64,000 nucleotides of DNA from Zootoca vivipara. Its lineage: Eukaryota. The position numbers and the translations under genes were made by a program. The stretch lies in assembly GCF_963506605.1 (NCBI RefSeq), contig NC_083279.1, forward strand, positions 28,086,001-28,150,000, written 5' to 3'. This document shows, one piece after another, positions 60,201 through 64,000 of the stretch. The number at the start of each line of letters is the position of its first letter. Position 1 is the stretch's first letter. The notes under the pieces are model-generated. The model was not told the DNA's origin. It saw nothing but the letters and a program-made list of their open reading frames with translations, and ran no database searches.

Positions 60201-62223
60201 GCTTTGGACTCAACTTAGCATGGTTCTCTTGGATCAGAACTAATGCTGTATCTAGTCTAGCATTCTGAGTTTAACATGGAGATAACCAAGGCACAATGGC
60301 AACAACCTTCTTTTTTGGCTTCGGTATCCGATGCTCAGGGCTATGCTGCCTCTGAACATAAAGAACATTTGGTTTTTGGGGGGAAAGCTTGTGATGGACC
60401 TCTTCTTTGCGAAAACAGCTTGTCATCTTAAATGCAAATATTCTAAAAACAAAGCAAGCTAATGAAACTTTCAGGCTATTGTATCACAGCTTTTAACTCA
60501 AGAGCACAACTTCAGGCCACCATAATCTAAGTCCACATGGAAACGAGCTGTGGAAAACATAGTAACAACTTTAGGATTCAGTCCACAGATCCTACTCACC
60601 ATGGGACACGAACAAGCAAAAAACAACATTAAACAGTGTGTTGTAGACAGAGAACAACAGGTAGACCTAGCCAGGTCCCCAAAAAATTTAATTAGCAAAA
60701 CTAGAAGATACTTGACTTCCCAAATACCATACATAGCTAATCTCAAAATACCAAAACAACGAAGGGCTTTCACTTTGGCCCATTGTCAGGCCCTCCCTTC
60801 AGCAATTCAGGAAGGCCGTTATAGGAAGTTACCTTACAAGGAGAGGATGTGCCCATGTGGCTCTGGGCAGCAGGAAACAACTTTTTCATTGCCAGTATTA
60901 TAGACATTTGAACTAGGCTTATCCAACCCATCTTATATAAGTTTCCTGGGCGTTCAGAACAACACAACATCTTCATATTGCTCCAGGACGAGAGCCCAGA
61001 AGTCACATATTCAGTCGCCAGATTTTGCACTGCCATGATAGATATTCGACAAAGAATGGTCTATGCCAGGCACGTCCAACAGGTAGATCGTGATCTACCA
61101 GTAGATCACCGGACGTCTGTGGTAGATCACTGATAGATTCCTGGCTCCCCACAAAGTAGCTCAACAGCTTTTGTCTCCCCTAATAAAAGCTCCACATTTT
61201 TGCCCTGCACCCCCAAAAACAGTCCTTCCTCCTCCCTAGAAAAGTTCAACAACATTGACTTGAACCCCCCAAAACAGGGCTTTCCTTCCTAAAAAAAGTT
61301 CAACTTTAACCTGAAACCCCCCCCCCCAAAGTGGGTAGATCACTGCTAGTTTTTAACTCTGTTAGTAGATCGCAGTCTCTTGGGAGTTGGCCACCCCTGG
61401 TCTATGCTACAATTCAATCCTAAACTGAAGGCCCATATTGTTAGACCCGCACTTCTGAAGCCTTCCCCATATAGCTGTGTTCACCGATCTTTTATTTTTT
61501 CTTATAAACTTTTACGCACCCATTTTCTATCCTTAATGAAGTATTCTATGTATATGTTAAAATCTATGTTTGGTTCTTGCTCCTATTTATTTAATAATTA
61601 TTCGTTTACATTCATACTGTTATGCTATTTATTTAGATGCTTTGCTTATGCTGGTCTATGACCATAATAAAGTACTTGACTTGAAGGTCTTTGTTCAAAG
61701 CTACAGCTAATCCTAGGCTAAGGATGGGTAATTTATGTCCCTTGAGATGTGGTTGAACTACAGCTCCCATAATCCTGGACCCCTGGTCATGCCAGCTGCA
61801 GAAATCTAGCAACATCTGGAAGACCATTGCAGCCACAATTACGCTAAGATGCCAGTTCAAATGAATGGACTTAGGCATGTCATAACCCTGCATAGGATCA
61901 GTCTGAGGTATTACAAAATTGTGCAATTTCTACCATACTGTCAGCATCTTATGAGTGCAGTGCAGATGATAGTCCCCTAAGCGTTTGGATACTGGAAGTC
62001 CAAGTTCAAATTCCCAAACTGCCATGAAGAAATTACCCATAATAATACCTTGTACCACTTGAGTTCGTAGTTTGTATTCTTTTGTACAAAACTCTCCAAG
62101 GCGGGACAGACAACCTTTCCAGGACTAAATGTGAAGGCCTTCTGGAGATAGGAAATATTTCGAACAGCGCTTTTCTCCACAACTGTGAGAGGAACAGACA
62201 CATCAGCACAGTAAGAAGAATTC
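48096..62223 (-). CDS. IL1R2: Interleukin-1 receptor type 2 (decoy), 5'-partial: complement(join(48096..48223,49938..50083,51460..51595,55217..55282,57573..57747,62049..>62223))
   Basis: Six GT-AG exons in phase encoding Ig2, Ig3 and TM, then a short basic tail with no TIR domain; IL1R2-type motifs VWWLANKT, GRVTEGERQ, ENYIEVPLIFDPV. Confidence 0.93.
48823..49460. mobile_element. Tigger-like MITE with a second MITE (48990-49400) nested at a TA site
   Basis: Two sets of CAG..TACCT TIRs with TA flanks; the inner element has three tandem GGATTAAT...GGGAAAGTT units. Confidence 0.8.
49725..49891 (+). mobile_element. Penelope-like fold-back remnant, ribozyme core absent
   Basis: 14-bp TSD ACATTAACAAGTAG (49711-49724, 49892-49905); inversion centre TATGAGC-TT-GCTCATA. 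Confidence 0.8.
49938..50083 (-). CDS. IL1R2: IL1R2 exon (Ig3 C-half)
   Basis: ELVENGENYIEVPLIFDPVKEADFNTDFTCVAHNSLG; tttTAG / GTATGT; 146 nt. Confidence 0.93.
50670..51150 (+). mobile_element. Old CR1 RT fragment
   Basis: HPRVLKE, PVSLT.IPG..LEQIIK, SQHGF, LDFSKAF.KVPH remnants. Confidence 0.8.
51460..51595 (-). CDS. IL1R2: IL1R2 exon (Ig3 N-half)
   Basis: GSRLTMICKV...TEVWWLANKTYI...GRVTEGERQ; TAG / GTAAGT; 136 nt. Confidence 0.93.
51797..51958 (+). mobile_element. Penelope-like fold-back remnant, ribozyme truncated
   Basis: TGTTTTAAT direct repeats; inverted TTCCAGTAGCACCTT arms; minus-strand core lacks CTGA and has AAAA in place of GAAA. Confidence 0.7.
53720..54240 (+). mobile_element. 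Degraded L2 fragment
   Basis: KLQLLQNAA and WLP remnants; boundaries approximate. Confidence 0.65.
55217..55282 (-). CDS. IL1R2: IL1R2 linker exon (66 nt)
   Basis: GQKKRNRPVIVYPNEKITLAGL; cacTAG / GTAAGG. Confidence 0.88.
56378..57292 (-). mobile_element. Rex1/Babar LINE 3' fragment
   Basis: KFADDTTVIGLI...ESAY..EV..L..WC..NNL.LN..KTVEMIIDFRR; (ATTCT)n tail. Confidence 0.88.
57573..57747 (-). CDS. IL1R2: IL1R2 exon (Ig2 C-half)
   Basis: DSTPLAIDNQKFAVLKGTNYLIINSVSLDDSGYYTCQLTF...YNITRTIQL; ttcTAG / GTAATG; 175 nt; missed by the ORF track. Confidence 0.92.
58432..59057. mobile_element. Non-autonomous DNA transposon (CAGGGCCGTCTT termini; related short copy at about 18954-19145)
   Basis: Imperfect TIRs CAGGGCCGTCTTTA / TAAAGACAGCGCTG. 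Confidence 0.6.
60500..61680 (+). mobile_element. LINE 3' fragment (RTE-X-like), interrupted by a hAT MITE
   Basis: RRAFTLA...LPSA..EGRY..LPY.ERMCPCG zinc-knuckle end; AATAAA near 61665; clade assignment uncertain. Confidence 0.6.
61067..61399. mobile_element. hAT-type MITE
   Basis: CAGG...CCTG termini; 8-bp TSD GTCTATGC. Confidence 0.8.
62049..62223 (-). CDS. IL1R2: IL1R2 exon (Ig2 N-half)
   Basis: NSSYCADVSVPLTVVE...ISYLQ...GKVVCP...LKWYK; ttgCAG / GTATTA; 175 nt. Confidence 0.9.
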
Positions 62224-62599
62224 CTGCAAATGGGCAGGGGGAGAGAAGAAGAAATAAGACATTCATACTCAACAAATAAAGATTTATCATTGCACCATAA
62301 CCCACCATGGCTTTTTATTGTTCAGATTTAACCATTTTGAACAAGTACACACAGGACACTAAAATCACCGCCCTCTGAAAAAGCATCATTGGTTGGCAAC
62401 TTGATTCTTCCGACAATACCTGAGGGACCTGAGCAGCCCCGCTCCTGCTGATTTCAGAGCACACTGAACACAAATGCCAATATGACTAGATTGGCTTGGC
62501 TTCCCGACAGGAGGAACAAATTGTACTGAGCTTATTTCTGCTTTGTTGTGGTGTGGGAGGGTGTGGGTGTGTTAAGCTTCGGAAGGACAAATATCAGTA

Positions 62600-62983
62600 C
62601 AGTCGTACCTCGGTTTGAGTACACAATTGGTTCTGGAAGTCCGTACTTAACCTGAAGCGTACTTAACCTGAAGTGAACTTTCCCATTGAAAGTAATGGAA
62701 AGTGGATTAATCCGTTCCAGACGGGGCCGCGGAGTACTTAAACTGAAAGTACTCAAACCGAAGCGTACTTAAACTGAGGTAAAATAAGAAATTCCTTCAG
62801 TAGCACCTTAAAGACCAACTAAGTTTTTATTTTGGTATGAGCTTTCGTGTGCATGCACACGAAAGCTCATACCAAAATAAAAACTTAGTTGGTCTTTAAG
62901 GTGCTACTGAAGGACTTTTTTTATTTTGCTTCGACTCAGACCAACACGGCTACCTACCTGTAACTTAAACTGAGGTATGACTG
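62600..62983. mobile_element. Tigger-like MITE (same family as 48990-49400) hosting the Penelope palindrome
   Basis: CAGTCGTACCTCGGTTT / AAACTGAGGTATGACTG with TA flanks. Confidence 0.8.
62782..62962 (+). mobile_element. Penelope-like remnant forming a 122-bp spacerless palindrome, nested in a Tc1/mariner MITE
   Basis: 15-bp TSD ACTTAAACTGAGGTA (62767-62781, 62963-62977); palindrome 62793-62914 centred on GTGTGCA|TGCACAC. Confidence 0.85.
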
Positions 62984-64000
62984 TAGATACATTTCATTCA
63001 AATGTATTTTTAGACAATTAGGAAGTATTTTATAGACATATTTCGGTAAATCTATTAAGATTTTAGTATACCCGGCAATATCGGAATAGGTTTGGGGCAT
63101 CAAGTTATTTGTCTAGAGGCTCTGTGGGCCTCAGCCGACAGTTCTGCCTTTTAAGCTGTCAGTCGGGAAGTCTCCCTGAGCTTGTGCAGGCAGCCGCTAT
63201 AAATTGAGAAAATTGTTTGGGAAGGAAGGACAAAGCACTGCAAGCCTTGAGGAAAGAGCAGGGGGGGGGGGGGAGGGCCTGTCTTGTGATGTTTCTCTAA
63301 CCTGAGAGACAACTAACAATAAGCCATTACAGTAACAAGTTAGCAGAACCAGGACTGAAGGACTGAGCAAGAAGACACTGACAAACAGAAGAGATCCTTA
63401 GCTGCTGGAGACTGTTTGTTGTTGTTGTTTAAAGTTCCTTGCTCATGAGGAGAAGCACAAGCCGAGGTTTGTATCTGAGACAGGGATGTTTGTAGGCAGG
63501 AACCTGCTTCATTCCCCCCCCCCTTTTTTTTACTCAGATGAATGTCCTGTAAATCTAACTCCACAAACACACAAACAATAATATCATATGGCAGTGCTTT
63601 TCAACCAGGGTGCCATGATGGTCAGGGGTGCTGCAGGCAACTCTGGCCTCTGTCCCTCTTTCCTTCCCTCCCTCCCTATTCTGATGCCCTCTCGCATCTC
63701 TGCCTCTCAAAGGCTTGTGTGGCTGTTTATTGCAGCAGCCCTGGCAATTGTTGTTGTTGTTTAGTCGTGTCCGACTCTTCATGACCTGTTGCCTCTGGGA
63801 GGCACCTCTGTTTGGGGCAGGGAGGGCAGCTCAAAGACCAGGGACTGTTGCAGCAGCTGCCCAGGGGACTCCTAAGGAGAGGGGAGAGGAGGCTGAGGGA
63901 ACACTCCACAAGGGAGGGTGTTTGTGAGGGATTGCCAGCTCTGCAGGCAAGGGGCGGCATAACTGGGCTCCTGAGCCCCACGGGGGTGCTGCAGAAAGAA

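Overview
AT-rich, repeat-dense vertebrate genomic DNA from a squamate (Sauria SINE, Bov-B, CR1, L2, L1, Rex/Babar, Penelope and many hAT/Tc-mariner MITEs; a lacertid lizard is my guess). It is part of the interleukin-1 receptor gene cluster, with two genes on the minus strand. (1) The 3' six coding exons of the TIR-less decoy receptor IL1R2 (62223 to 48096; the signal-peptide and Ig1 exons lie beyond the window). (2) A complete 10-coding-exon IL1R1-type receptor (ATG 21781 to stop 7970; 1659 nt, 552 aa; 3 Ig domains, TM, TIR) with a CpG-island promoter near 29.4 kb. All exon boundaries were read by hand and are GT-AG with consistent phases. The most unusual signal is six Penelope-like retroelement remnants carrying a minimal type I hammerhead ribozyme (GTAT-CTGA[A/C]GA-A-GTGTGCATGCACAC-GAAA-GC-TC-ATAC). 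Several are long fold-backs whose turning points sit on palindromes in or next to the ribozyme. All six have their 3' end in the same orientation, and every intronic copy has its sense-strand ribozyme deleted or locked in a hairpin. Also noted: a MITE-borne NF-kB-type site and a duplicated STAT-type site at the IL1R1 promoter, a sense-oriented solo LTR in the IL1R1 5' intron, and a stop at a splice donor that could give soluble IL1R2.
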